64,000 nucleotides of DNA from Bdellovibrionales bacterium (GTDB lineage Bacteria; Bdellovibrionota; Bdellovibrionia; Bdellovibrionales; CAYMLA01): positions 32,001 to 96,000 of the forward strand of contig OZ244239.1 in NCBI GenBank assembly GCA_965217115.1. The letters are read 5' to 3'. Positions 39,452 to 48,976 of the stretch are shown here, piece after piece. Position numbers and translations under genes: made by a program. How positions within the stretch are numbered: the stretch's first letter is position 1; each line of letters opens with the position of its first letter. The notes under the pieces were generated by a model, which did not search any database, was not told the DNA's origin, and was given only the letters and a program-made list of their open reading frames with translations.

Positions 39452-39734
39452 AAAGAAATTATAAATAGGTACAGAGCGTAGGAATCGATATCTTAAAAGG
39501 ATAGTAATATCATGCTATTACGTTAAATATAAAAAATATAAGAAATAAAGCTTGAAATAAGGAACACTGTCATATTCAAAGGCAATAAATTTTGATGATA
39601 GTTCGAGCTCTTTTTAAAAAACAGATTTTCTTTTAAGAAAATAACAGTTTGATACTTTTCATAAAAATAAATGAATAAAAATCCATGTATCTTAACAAAA
39701 GTGGCAAGACAAGGTGGTTAAATTATTGTCATCG

Positions 39735-40484
39735 TCAAGCTGCTCTCAAATTCAAATGGGAAGAGTCATGGGTTTTTTTCATCACGTATTCAATGATGCT
39801 GGCTAAGTGTGCTTGATCTATTTGTATGAATCGAAGATTGCAATGGGATTGGTTGCTGTTCTTGTCGCACTTCTCTAGATGAACAACCTCTACCATGGCT
39901 CGAATAGGGGAGGGGATATCAGGACTGCCATTATAGGTAAGCTGATATACCTGCCTGATATTAATAATCCCATTGGGGACAAGGAGTCCCATGCCACCTT
40001 CACTAATTGTCTTTGCTTGTGCCGTATAGGTTATGTTTTGATTTAGGTCTGAGAGAGAGAGTTGGCCAAAAATATTTGCTCTGGAATATCGACGTCTAGG
40101 GATACCTAGGTCATCGGTGATCTTGTGAAAAGAGTGGACTCCTCTCCACTCTTTCATGCCTTCAGTCCAAAGTATGGTTTCAGAAAAATCTTCAATAGTT
40201 TTTAAATAACCCATCATTTGTGATTGATTTAGGGGGGTGCTTTGTTCTGCGTTGGGATGGCTAACGACATACCAGATTTTTTCTTGCTCCTCTTTTTCTT
40301 CTTGGGCCTGTCTCTCTGAAAGCCGTCGCCACTGTTCAGAGCTGAGCCACTGGGTCTGCCCCCTTGCCCATAAATGAACTTCTCTCCTATGGTTCTTCTG
40401 TGAGAGATAGTTTCTTGTTTGTGCCATTGAAAAAGGGCCAACTATTTCGTCATTAGTATTAATAAACCAATCTCTTCCATCCAT
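39735..40484 (-). CDS. Tandem GYF_2/DUF4339-like domains plus PilZ domain protein
   Basis: WF......GPFS...LW..G...W pattern twice; PilZ RxxxR (RRRYSR) and xxSxGG (TISEGG); ATG 40484 after GAGG (ORF extends to 40517). Confidence 0.75.
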   Translation of the reverse strand: MDGRDWFINTNDEIVGPFSMAQTRNYLSQKNHRREVHLWARGQTQWLSSEQWRRLSERQAQEEKEEQEKIWYVVSHPNAEQSTPLNQSQMMGYLKTIEDFSETILWTEGMKEWRGVHSFHKITDDLGIPRRRYSRANIFGQLSLSDLNQNITYTAQAKTISEGGMGLLVPNGIINIRQVYQLTYNGSPDIPSPIRAMVEVVHLEKCDKNSNQSHCNLRFIQIDQAHLASIIEYVMKKTHDSSHLNLRAA

Positions 40485-40749
40485 GGTGACCTCTTCGACA
40501 TGATTTTGAATAAACATAAAGAATTAAAGGAAATAGTAGAGAACTAGCAGATGACTTCAAGCATCGAATTGCCTAGCTGGGCCGAATTCGCCTTCGTCCT
40601 TCTTCAGAGGGGTAATGACAAAGGACTAGCCAAAAGGCTGAGTTAAATGATAGAATTTGAAAAGAATGCCCTAAAAGAAAACACACTGAATTCTTACTAA
40701 AATGTTAGCATTCTTTAATACAGGTTATGATAAATCACTGGAGTCTAAA

Positions 40750-41322
40750 ATGAAAAAACACGTTATAGCTGGGACGAACCGCCCTGGTTCTCGAAGTCTA
40801 GAACTCTCTTCTCTTATTCAAAGTCTCTACCTAGAACAGGGAGAGGATGTTGATGTTATCAGTTTGGAGAAGGTCGGTCTTGAGGAGATGAATGGAAGTC
40901 ATTACGGCAGTGATAGCATGCCTTCCAAAATTCGGGACTATGTGAATAGGATTTCAGAGTCTGATGGGCTTATTATGGTGGTTCCTGAGTACAATGGCTC
41001 CATGCCTGGAGCTTTAAAATACTTTATTGATTTTTGGAAATATCCGGGGTCCTTTGAATACCGTCCTGTGTGTTTTGTAGGTTTAGGTGGTCTTTTTGGT
41101 GGTCTGAGGCCAGTGGAACACTTGCAACATGTTTTTAATTACCGGAATTCCTTTGTTTATCCTGAAAGGGTCTTTATTAGAAATGTTTGGGAAGTATTGA
41201 GAGAGGGAAAGGTAGAGGATGAAATTATTCTGCAATTATTGAAATCGCAAGTTTCGGGGTTTCAGAAGTTTTGTGCAGCATTGAACGATTCTAACCTGCA
41301 TGTAAATAAGAGGGATTCATAG
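40750..41322 (+). CDS. NADPH-dependent FMN reductase family protein
   Basis: GTNRPGS, VPEYNGSMPGALKYFID, GGLRPVEHL; ATG 40750 after GGAG (ORF track starts at 40702). Confidence 0.88.
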   Translation: MKKHVIAGTNRPGSRSLELSSLIQSLYLEQGEDVDVISLEKVGLEEMNGSHYGSDSMPSKIRDYVNRISESDGLIMVVPEYNGSMPGALKYFIDFWKYPGSFEYRPVCFVGLGGLFGGLRPVEHLQHVFNYRNSFVYPERVFIRNVWEVLREGKVEDEIILQLLKSQVSGFQKFCAALNDSNLHVNKRDS

Positions 41323-41324
41323 AA

Positions 41325-42290
41325 ATGAGTAATGAAGGTAAACGACAAAAATATGAACAACTCAGTGGTCGGGATTTTCCTCGTTTTTCTGGGATTAAAA
41401 CTTTCTTCCGTCTGCCTTATGTATCAGTTGATAGTGATTATGATGTGGGTCTGGTAGGAGTTCCCTATGATGGAGGGGTGAGCTATCGCCCGGGGGCGCG
41501 TTTTGCGCCAAGTAAAATTCGTGGGATATCATCACTTGGCAGGGGCTTTCATTGGTCCCGAGGTTGCAACTTCATGGATAAAATGAAAGTGGCTGATATT
41601 GGTGACTGCCCGACAGTGCCAGTGGATCAAGTTCAGACTTATGAGAGGATTGAAAATTATTTTGACGAGCTCTTATCTTTGAATAAACAGTTTATTGCTG
41701 TGGGTGGAGACCATTCAACGACTTTACCTCTATTGAGATCAGTTTATCGGTCACTGGGAAAAAAAATAACACTCATTCATTTTGATGCTCATTTGGATAC
41801 CTATCCAGCGGCTTGGAATTGCGAATATCATCATGGTACTTTTGTTCGTCATGCGGTGGAAGAGGGGTTGATCGATCCTAAAAAATCTTGGCAATTTGGT
41901 ATTCGTGGGCCGTTGACTGGGATGGATGATCTCGATTTTGTGAAAAAGCATGGAATTAATGTGACGACGGTAGACGATATTCGCAAGAGAGGTTTAGAAG
42001 ATTTTCTCGCAACTCTGCCTGAATTTGAGGGGCCTGTTTATATTAGTTTTGATATTGATTGTTTAGACCCTGCCTATGCGCCAGGAACAGGAACACCTGT
42101 TGTTGGAGGTTTAACAACCTATGAGACGCAGAGAATTCTACGGGCCTTGAAAATAAAAAACCTCGTGGCTGCAGATATCATGGAGGTCTCCCCACCTTTT
42201 GATCACGCTGACATTACATCATTGGCTGCGGTGGACGCCATGTTTGAGCTTTTATGCATCATGGCTGGTGACGAAAAAAAAATCAGTTAA
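41325..42290 (+). CDS. speB: Agmatinase (ureohydrolase family)
   Basis: GVPYD, RPGARFAP, GGDHS, HFDAHLD, SFDIDCLDPAYAPGTGTP. Confidence 0.85.
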   Translation: MSNEGKRQKYEQLSGRDFPRFSGIKTFFRLPYVSVDSDYDVGLVGVPYDGGVSYRPGARFAPSKIRGISSLGRGFHWSRGCNFMDKMKVADIGDCPTVPVDQVQTYERIENYFDELLSLNKQFIAVGGDHSTTLPLLRSVYRSLGKKITLIHFDAHLDTYPAAWNCEYHHGTFVRHAVEEGLIDPKKSWQFGIRGPLTGMDDLDFVKKHGINVTTVDDIRKRGLEDFLATLPEFEGPVYISFDIDCLDPAYAPGTGTPVVGGLTTYETQRILRALKIKNLVAADIMEVSPPFDHADITSLAAVDAMFELLCIMAGDEKKIS

Positions 42291-42308
42291 TTAAATTCTG
42301 ATCTTGAT

Positions 42309-43607
42309 TTATGTTTTAAAATATCGAACAAGGGATTTATAGAGATAGTAGGGGTCTTTACTTCCTGCCAACTCACGAACGGAGTGCATGGCAAATGTTG
42401 GAACTCCCACATCCACAGTTTTAACACCTATGTTACTAGCTGTGATGGGACCAATGGTGGAGCCACAACCCATATCAGAACGAATGACGAATTTTTGATA
42501 GGGGACATTCTCTGTCTTGCATAAAAGAATATATGCCCCCGCTGTTTCACTATTGGTTGCGTAACGTTGATTGGAGTTGATTTTAATTACGGGACCTTGA
42601 TTGATAATAGGGCCATGGTGAGCATCGTGTTTTTCAATGTAATTAGGATGAAGAGCGTGGGCATTATCACAGGAAATCATCATAGAATTATTTACGCAAC
42701 GGGCATAGTTTTCAGGCGTTTGTGTGAGACGTTTTAATAATGATTTGAGCATGGGGCCTGCGGCTCCTGCGTGGGAACATGAACCAACTTCTTCGTGGTC
42801 GTTGCACACAAGCAACGTATTACGGCTGCTGGGACTCTTTAAATAACTCTCAAGTCCGACATAGCAACTCAGAAGGTTGTCCAGTCTTGCGCTACTAATA
42901 AATTCATTTTCTAAACCGATCAAAGAGGGTGGTTGAGTGTCGTAGAAGGACATCTCATGGCTGAGAACTCGAATGATATCACTAGAGAGTTTTTGGGACT
43001 TGATCTCTTTAATCAGAATAGAGTCAAAAGTGAGCTTCTTATTTCCCTCGATCATTTGCACTAATGGTGGCATTTCTTTCTGTTTGTTGATGGTGCGATT
43101 TTCATTGGCATTACGATTGAGATGAATAGCTAAATTGGGGATAACGGCGATGGGTCTGGAAAAATCTAGGAGTAGATGTTGTACTTGCCCTTTCTTATTT
43201 TCGTAGGTGACTCTGCCAGCCAAGGAGAGGTCCCGATCAAACCATGGATTGAGAAGCACACCACCATAAATTTCCACTCCCAATTGGTGGTGGTTTTGGG
43301 TAAAAATATCAGGTTGAGGTTTAACTTTAAGACAAGGACTATCTGTATGGGCTCCAACCATGTGAAAGCCATCGGTGAGAGAGGATGTTTTACTGATTTG
43401 GAAAGCTATTATAGAGGAGTCGTTGCATTTGATGTAATACTTGCCCCCAGGTTTAATTGACCAAGAGGCATTTTCTAGGAGTTCTTCATGATTGGATTTT
43501 AAAAGACGGTCTTCCATATTCCCCACTCCATGGAAAGGTGTGGGAGATTTCTCTAAATACTCAAGTAGGCCGTCATTAAAGTGATCCTTAAGCTTTTTTC
43601 CAGTCAC
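42309..43607 (-). CDS. M18 family (aspartyl) aminopeptidase
   Basis: SPTPFH, GAHTDSP, PWFDRDL, RLDNL, DHEEVGS, DNAHA.HPN, CGSTIGP, MHSVRE. Confidence 0.93.
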   Translation of the reverse strand: MTGKKLKDHFNDGLLEYLEKSPTPFHGVGNMEDRLLKSNHEELLENASWSIKPGGKYYIKCNDSSIIAFQISKTSSLTDGFHMVGAHTDSPCLKVKPQPDIFTQNHHQLGVEIYGGVLLNPWFDRDLSLAGRVTYENKKGQVQHLLLDFSRPIAVIPNLAIHLNRNANENRTINKQKEMPPLVQMIEGNKKLTFDSILIKEIKSQKLSSDIIRVLSHEMSFYDTQPPSLIGLENEFISSARLDNLLSCYVGLESYLKSPSSRNTLLVCNDHEEVGSCSHAGAAGPMLKSLLKRLTQTPENYARCVNNSMMISCDNAHALHPNYIEKHDAHHGPIINQGPVIKINSNQRYATNSETAGAYILLCKTENVPYQKFVIRSDMGCGSTIGPITASNIGVKTVDVGVPTFAMHSVRELAGSKDPYYLYKSLVRYFKT

Positions 43608-43628
43608 AGAGTACCTCTCTCATTTAGT

Positions 43629-43666
43629 AAAAAAAAGCCCCCAGGTCAGATTTAACCAGGGGGCTT
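43629..43666 (-). terminator. Intrinsic terminator ~20 bp upstream of the M18 peptidase start, same strand
   Basis: Minus strand AAGCCCCC.GGT...ACC.GGGGGCTT followed by a T8 run. Confidence 0.75.
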
Positions 43667-43728
43667 AAATTCTTAGTCAAAACCGAGGGGGGCCTTGATT
43701 TAAGAAAACATAACTTCCTCATATCATG
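43629..43728 (-). ncRNA. Candidate ~100-nt sRNA or attenuator leader
   Basis: Bounded by a near-consensus promoter and a terminator; internal hairpin 43670-43706 with G-U pairs and a C-rich loop. Confidence 0.45.
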
Positions 43729-43734
43729 AAGAGG

Positions 43735-43763
43735 GTTATAATAGAAAAAATGCAAAGCGTCAA
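43735..43763 (-). promoter_or_regulatory. Sigma-70-like promoter
   Basis: TTGACG-N17-TATAAC on the minus strand. Confidence 0.65.
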
Positions 43764-43855
43764 TTATTTTCAAACATTATGCTGCAAAATAATTTTTAAC
43801 TCTGAGTCATGTAATTTTTACCAAAAGAGGGGGGTTGTGTTAGACTCCTAGTATT

Positions 43856-45214
43856 ATGAAGTTTGAAAACATCACTCTTAAAAGCTCCAAAGAGCTCTCT
43901 GAGCATATTAAAAATCATCAACCGACTTTATTCTTAGGATCACAGACTTCGACGGTGATTCCCTATGGGTTTTTAGAGGGTCAACTTAAGGATAAGGATT
44001 TAAGCAATGGGTGTGAGACATTTTACTTAGCTGATTTAAGTCAGATGGCCAGTGGAATGGAGGTGATTGAAGGTGATAAGCTATTTCTAAAGGGAGCTGT
44101 CTCTTGGCAAATGGCTTCGGAGTTTCTTCAAAATCACCAGCGTGTGGTGAAGACTTATCCAACAGAAAATTTGGCCCAGATTTGTGCCGGTGTAGCAACC
44201 TCCTGTACAGGAGAACGCTCCTTTGGTTTTGGAACCCTGCGCAGTCAAATCATAAATATTAAGTACATAGACTGGCAAGGGGAGGAGGTTCTGCTTTCTC
44301 GCGACAAGAGTTTTTCCCTAGAAGAAAATCAAGATTGCTTGATCTCGTATCAAGAGGACTTTGTTAAATATAAAAATCTTAAAAATGCCCCCTTTCCTCG
44401 TTTTGAAAAAGAAACGGATTTAATGGTTGGAACGGAGGGGCAGTTAGGTGTTGTGACCGAGGTAACTCTAGAGACAGGAAGCTATGAACAAATTCAATAT
44501 TTATTTGTAAAATTACCTCGGTGGGAAAAAGACTTTGCTCCTCATTTGGAAATTTTCTCAAGTGTGCAGGGGCGCAGTCAATCTATTTACTCCTGTGAAT
44601 TGACTGATTATAATTCTATGAAAGACTTAAATACTGATGATCGTATTCATAGTAAGAGTGATACTGACGAATTTGACGTGATCTTTTTAGAAATACCAGC
44701 AAGTAAATTTGAAGAAATCTATGAAGAAGTTATTTGTAAATGGTCGCTCGTTGATATGAAAGATGTTTTTGAAATTTCAGGAGAGAAATTTCAAAACCTA
44801 AGATCTGCTATTCCCAGAACTCTCTTTGAGCGAAATTCCCAGAGAGGAATTCTAAAGAAAGGCACAGATGTTCAGGTAAACCCTAAAAAATTCTGTGAGC
44901 TACTTGAATTTTACAGGTGCTTCTCTCAAGAGGGGATCGAATATAATCTCTTTGGTCATTTTGGTGATGCCCACTTGCATTTTAATTTTCTCCCAACGCA
45001 GGAGCAACAATCTGTTTGTGATGAGCTTCTACTAGACCTTTATGCTGAGGTAGAGAGGTGGGAAGGCTCCCCCTTTGCTGAACATGGAATTGGTTTACTG
45101 AAGCAACCTTTTATTAAAAACTTTTATGGGCAGAATCAGTACGATTTATTTGCTTCTTTAAAGAAATCTCATGACCCCTATAATCAATTTTTTCCCCAAG
45201 GATTTATGACATGA
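43856..45214 (+). CDS. FAD-binding oxidoreductase (GlcD/D-lactate dehydrogenase-like, FAD_binding_4 family)
   Basis: GTEGQLGVVT, FGHFGDAHLH, AEHGIGLLK, DP...F.P. Confidence 0.8.
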   Translation: MKFENITLKSSKELSEHIKNHQPTLFLGSQTSTVIPYGFLEGQLKDKDLSNGCETFYLADLSQMASGMEVIEGDKLFLKGAVSWQMASEFLQNHQRVVKTYPTENLAQICAGVATSCTGERSFGFGTLRSQIINIKYIDWQGEEVLLSRDKSFSLEENQDCLISYQEDFVKYKNLKNAPFPRFEKETDLMVGTEGQLGVVTEVTLETGSYEQIQYLFVKLPRWEKDFAPHLEIFSSVQGRSQSIYSCELTDYNSMKDLNTDDRIHSKSDTDEFDVIFLEIPASKFEEIYEEVICKWSLVDMKDVFEISGEKFQNLRSAIPRTLFERNSQRGILKKGTDVQVNPKKFCELLEFYRCFSQEGIEYNLFGHFGDAHLHFNFLPTQEQQSVCDELLLDLYAEVERWEGSPFAEHGIGLLKQPFIKNFYGQNQYDLFASLKKSHDPYNQFFPQGFMT

Positions 45215-45828
45215 AAATCATTGATATCTCTCCGGTAATTTCTAAGGACATGGCTGTGTTCCCTGATGAACCTCCGTTCTCACGAAGTATAGGGTCAGAC
45301 TTTTCTAAGGGTGATAATCTTGTTCTTTCATCTATTACAACGACGCTTCATATTGGAGCGCATACAGATGCACCGAACCATTACTCTAAAGAGGGGAAGG
45401 GGATTGATGAGTGTTCTTTACAGACTTACATAGGGCCGTGTCAGGTCATTGAGGTTCAAATTCCCCGTGGTGAGAGAATAAAGATTGATGATGTCGACAT
45501 GAGTAGAGTTTCCCAATCTCGGGTCCTTTTTAAGACTAGCTCCTTTCCTAATTTCAATGAGTGGAATGAAGATTTTAATTCTCTCTCTCCTGAACTTGTC
45601 GCTGCGTTGGGAGATAAGGGGGTGACTCTTGTAGGAATTGATACGCCTTCTATAGATCCTTGGGACTCTAAAGCATTGGAAAGTCACAAGATGGTAGCTG
45701 AGAAAGAAATGTTTATATTGGAGGGTGTTGTCTTGGATGGTGTTGATCCCGGAGATTACACATTAGTTGCATTGCCTTTAAAAATAAAGGACGCAGATGC
45801 GAGCCCTGTTCGTGCGATACTCTATTAG
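45211..45828 (+). CDS. kynB: Cyclase family protein, probable kynurenine formamidase
   Basis: H.GAH.DAP.H, GIDTPSID, SH, ILE, ALPLK...DASPVRA; kynA nearby. Confidence 0.8.
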   Translation: MKIIDISPVISKDMAVFPDEPPFSRSIGSDFSKGDNLVLSSITTTLHIGAHTDAPNHYSKEGKGIDECSLQTYIGPCQVIEVQIPRGERIKIDDVDMSRVSQSRVLFKTSSFPNFNEWNEDFNSLSPELVAALGDKGVTLVGIDTPSIDPWDSKALESHKMVAEKEMFILEGVVLDGVDPGDYTLVALPLKIKDADASPVRAILY

Positions 45829-45855
45829 ACCCACGCTTAAGTGGCTATCTTAGGG

Positions 45856-46809
45856 TTAAGACGTATAACGCAGACGTAGGAAAGTCATAACTAAGACAGA
45901 CCAGATAATATTTGCCCAGAGGAGATGGACCATTTGTGCCCAAATGGGTGCTAATAATAATAAATTAACAAGACCGAAGGCAAGGCCCCCAAAACAGAGA
46001 AATATAAGGGAATTGGGTAAAAGGGATGAATGCAATTTAACTTTAATGTATGTCCCATAAGCCTTGGAAAATATAAAAATAGCAGCGACAAAGGCAACGG
46101 CAATGAATGGATGGAAGACTCGTAATTGCACAAAGAGATGGCTGTCGTAGGAGAGGTCATTTTTTAAACCCTCAACTAAGGAATCTACAGGAAAGAGAGT
46201 GTCACCCAGAGCTGTGATGGCTCCACTGATACCGACTAATAGAAAGAGCGAGGAGCATATTAGAAAGCCTTTTAAAAAATTTTTAGGGAGAAATCGTTTA
46301 TGATAGGATTTATAGAAAGAGCTGTGAATCCAGAAAACAATGGAAGCAATAAGGAAAGTCGTGTTGAGAAGATGAAAAGTGATGACAATAGCACGATCTA
46401 TAGATGAGTTTTCCGCAACAAGCCCTAGCAGAACAAGGCGGGCGCCAATAAGAGCTTCTGTAATAGTAAAGAAAAGTGAGGCTATGGAGGCCTTTCGACA
46501 CAGGTGTCCTTTCGGGAGATATTTGAAACTTAGAAGCACTAATATAAGAACATAAATTCCATAAAGGCCTGAGGTTGCACGATGGGTGAATTCGATAAGA
46601 GTTTGTGTGGAGGGATTAAAGGGAATGAACTCACCGTTACATAGGGGCCAATGGTTGCCACAACCTGCACCTGAGCCAGAAGCTCTAACAAATGCTCCCC
46701 AGAGGATAACAAAAAATGTGTAGAGGAGGAGGAGCCACAACCATTTTGTAAATCTCTTAGATGATTGAGACAAAGCTTCAAAAGATAAGTTGTGATCTAC
46801 TTCAGACAT
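45856..46809 (-). CDS. ctaA: COX15/CtaA family heme A synthase
   Basis: GAGCGNHWPLCNG, IEFTHR, conserved His residues in TM helices. Confidence 0.8.
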   Translation of the reverse strand: MSEVDHNLSFEALSQSSKRFTKWLWLLLLYTFFVILWGAFVRASGSGAGCGNHWPLCNGEFIPFNPSTQTLIEFTHRATSGLYGIYVLILVLLSFKYLPKGHLCRKASIASLFFTITEALIGARLVLLGLVAENSSIDRAIVITFHLLNTTFLIASIVFWIHSSFYKSYHKRFLPKNFLKGFLICSSLFLLVGISGAITALGDTLFPVDSLVEGLKNDLSYDSHLFVQLRVFHPFIAVAFVAAIFIFSKAYGTYIKVKLHSSLLPNSLIFLCFGGLAFGLVNLLLLAPIWAQMVHLLWANIIWSVLVMTFLRLRYTS

Positions 46810-46826
46810 CGATAAGAAAATCTCCT

Positions 46827-47924
46827 TTAATCTTTTTGAGCATTGAAATAATACCCTAAAGTCTTTTTTAGATCGCTTGGTAGCTCAGGCCTTTGACTTC
46901 GAGGTATGAAAAATGTGGTTAGATGAAAAAGATCAGTGAAAACTTTGTGCTTATCAGTGGACATACGCAGATACTCATGCCCTGAAGAGCCTCCAGTGCC
47001 AATCTTTTGTCCCAGCATACGCAGGGCCATGAGTGCATGACGATAACGCCAACTCGTGAAGTTTTCATCGATATCTAGTAGGGATTGTAGGAGTTTGAAT
47101 GGCTGGTCTAAAATAGGTTCATCGCGGTATATTTGAATGAACAAGGCAGCATGGAGAGCTTTATGGGAAAGACGCCAATGCCCTTTCTCTTTCAAAGCGT
47201 TATATTTTTCACTGTCAAAGAGAGCAGTGAATGATTCTTGAGCAGCGGAGATCTTCTTTAAATTTTGTTTTTTCTCCTCTTCACTGAGAAGAGAGCTGGA
47301 TTTTATGACCTCCATATCAGAGTTGAGCATATTTTGAACAGAGATACGGTAGCTCTTCCAGAAATCAAAACCTTGGACACTGAGAAATGGTGTACGTTCA
47401 AGCCATTTCTCGATGAGATCAAATAGAGAATCCTGTGATTCTAGTTGCTCTTGCATTTTCTTATGATCATCGCGCAAGCTATTTTTGTAGGGGCTCTGAT
47501 TATAGGATAAGCGATCGGTTTTTCTTAGCCCCATTTTTGCTTCGACCTGCCTAAACTGTATACTTTGAAACCCAGATGCTGGATAGAGGAGCTCACGGAA
47601 CTCAAGAAAATCTAAGGGAGTCATTGTCTCCAGAATATCAATTTGTTCCATAAGAATCTTTTGAATCTTCGTGATACGCAGGAGCCTAGAGACGGCCAGT
47701 GAAATATGTTTTTCAATCACGGTGTCTTCTGAAATAAGTTCTAATACTGAATCAAGCTCAGTAAGGATCTGCTTAAACCATAATTCATAGACTTGATGAA
47801 CAATAATGAAAAGCATTTCGTCGTGGGCAGGTCTCTTGTATTCTTCTCCTTTGGGTTTTTGTGCACCCAATAGAGAGTCTAGGTGGAGGTAGTCATGGTA
47901 TTGAACGGGCGGGTACTTTGACAT
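46827..47924 (-). CDS. kynA: Tryptophan 2,3-dioxygenase
   Basis: YHDYL.LD.LL..Q, HDEMLFIIVHQVYELWFKQ, PASGFQS.QFR, WRYRH, GTGGSSG..YL. Confidence 0.93.
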   Translation of the reverse strand: MSKYPPVQYHDYLHLDSLLGAQKPKGEEYKRPAHDEMLFIIVHQVYELWFKQILTELDSVLELISEDTVIEKHISLAVSRLLRITKIQKILMEQIDILETMTPLDFLEFRELLYPASGFQSIQFRQVEAKMGLRKTDRLSYNQSPYKNSLRDDHKKMQEQLESQDSLFDLIEKWLERTPFLSVQGFDFWKSYRISVQNMLNSDMEVIKSSSLLSEEEKKQNLKKISAAQESFTALFDSEKYNALKEKGHWRLSHKALHAALFIQIYRDEPILDQPFKLLQSLLDIDENFTSWRYRHALMALRMLGQKIGTGGSSGHEYLRMSTDKHKVFTDLFHLTTFFIPRSQRPELPSDLKKTLGYYFNAQKD

Positions 47925-47929
47925 CCATT

Positions 47930-48976
47930 TTATCCTTTCATGCTACTGGCGACGAGTTCTTTTACATGTTTAATAAAATTATCAATATCTTCTCTACTGG
48001 TATCATAGGTCGTCATTAATCGCACTTGAAAACTTTTTTGATTCCACACATAAAAAAAATAGTGTTTACGCAGGGGCTTGATCCATTTTTTGGGAATTTC
48101 AACAAAGAGACTGTTGGCCTGAACAGGGTAGCAGATTGTGATACCAGGGATTTCAGAGATTTTTTTTTCAAAGTAAAGAGCCATTTTTTGACAATGGGTG
48201 GCAATTTCTTTCCATAGCTGCCCTTCAAGGAAAGCAATGAATTGAATAGCAAAAAACTTAGTTTTAGAAGGGAGCTGCATACTTTGTTTACGCATGTACT
48301 TGAAGTCTCTTCCTAGATCAGGGTTGAGAAAAATAACAGCTTCTCCCATGAGTAGGCCATTTTTTGTTCCACCAAAAGAGAGGACATCCACTCCTGTAGT
48401 GGAAATCAGATCTTTAAAGGAGCACTCTAAGAATTCAATAGCTTGAATTAACCGGGCTCCATCGACATGGAGATAGAGACCGTGTTGCTTTGCGACGTCT
48501 TTAATTTTCTTGATTTCTTCTATGGAATAAACAGTTCCTAATTCAGTGGGTTGAGTGATGGAAATAGCCTTTGGTTGGCTGTAATGCTGATCACCGAGGC
48601 GTTGTATAGAATTTTCTATTTGCTCTGCGGTTAATTTACCATCCTGACTTTTAATCGGGATCAGCTTACAGCCAGTGATGAATTCAGGGGCTCCACACTC
48701 ATCGGTGTTTAAGTGGGAGACGTCAGTGCAAAAAACTGATTGAAAACTCTGGCACATAGATCTTACGGCTAAGACATTGGCGGCAGTGCCGTTAAATACA
48801 AAATACGTAGAGACGGGTTGATCAAAAATTTTTGAGAAAAGTTCTCGGCATTTCTCGGTCCAAATGTCACCTTCGTAACTGTGATGGTGTCCGTTATTGA
48901 TTTTCTCTATGGATTTTAGGATGCTTGGATGAACACCAGAGTGATTGTCGCTGCCGAAGCCTCTATTTGAAGGCAT
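47930..48976 (-). CDS. Low-specificity L-threonine aldolase family (PLP)
   Basis: F.SDN, GTAAN, DECGAPE, TELGTVY, HVDGAR, SFGGTKNG. Confidence 0.9.
   Translation of the reverse strand: MPSNRGFGSDNHSGVHPSILKSIEKINNGHHHSYEGDIWTEKCRELFSKIFDQPVSTYFVFNGTAANVLAVRSMCQSFQSVFCTDVSHLNTDECGAPEFITGCKLIPIKSQDGKLTAEQIENSIQRLGDQHYSQPKAISITQPTELGTVYSIEEIKKIKDVAKQHGLYLHVDGARLIQAIEFLECSFKDLISTTGVDVLSFGGTKNGLLMGEAVIFLNPDLGRDFKYMRKQSMQLPSKTKFFAIQFIAFLEGQLWKEIATHCQKMALYFEKKISEIPGITICYPVQANSLFVEIPKKWIKPLRKHYFFYVWNQKSFQVRLMTTYDTSREDIDNFIKHVKELVASSMKG

Noticed and set aside
39501..39528. dif-like site (TTACGTTAAAT resembles a XerD arm)
   Set aside because: The XerC arm position (ATAGTAATATC) lacks the expected ...ATAA end, and the region is AT-rich.
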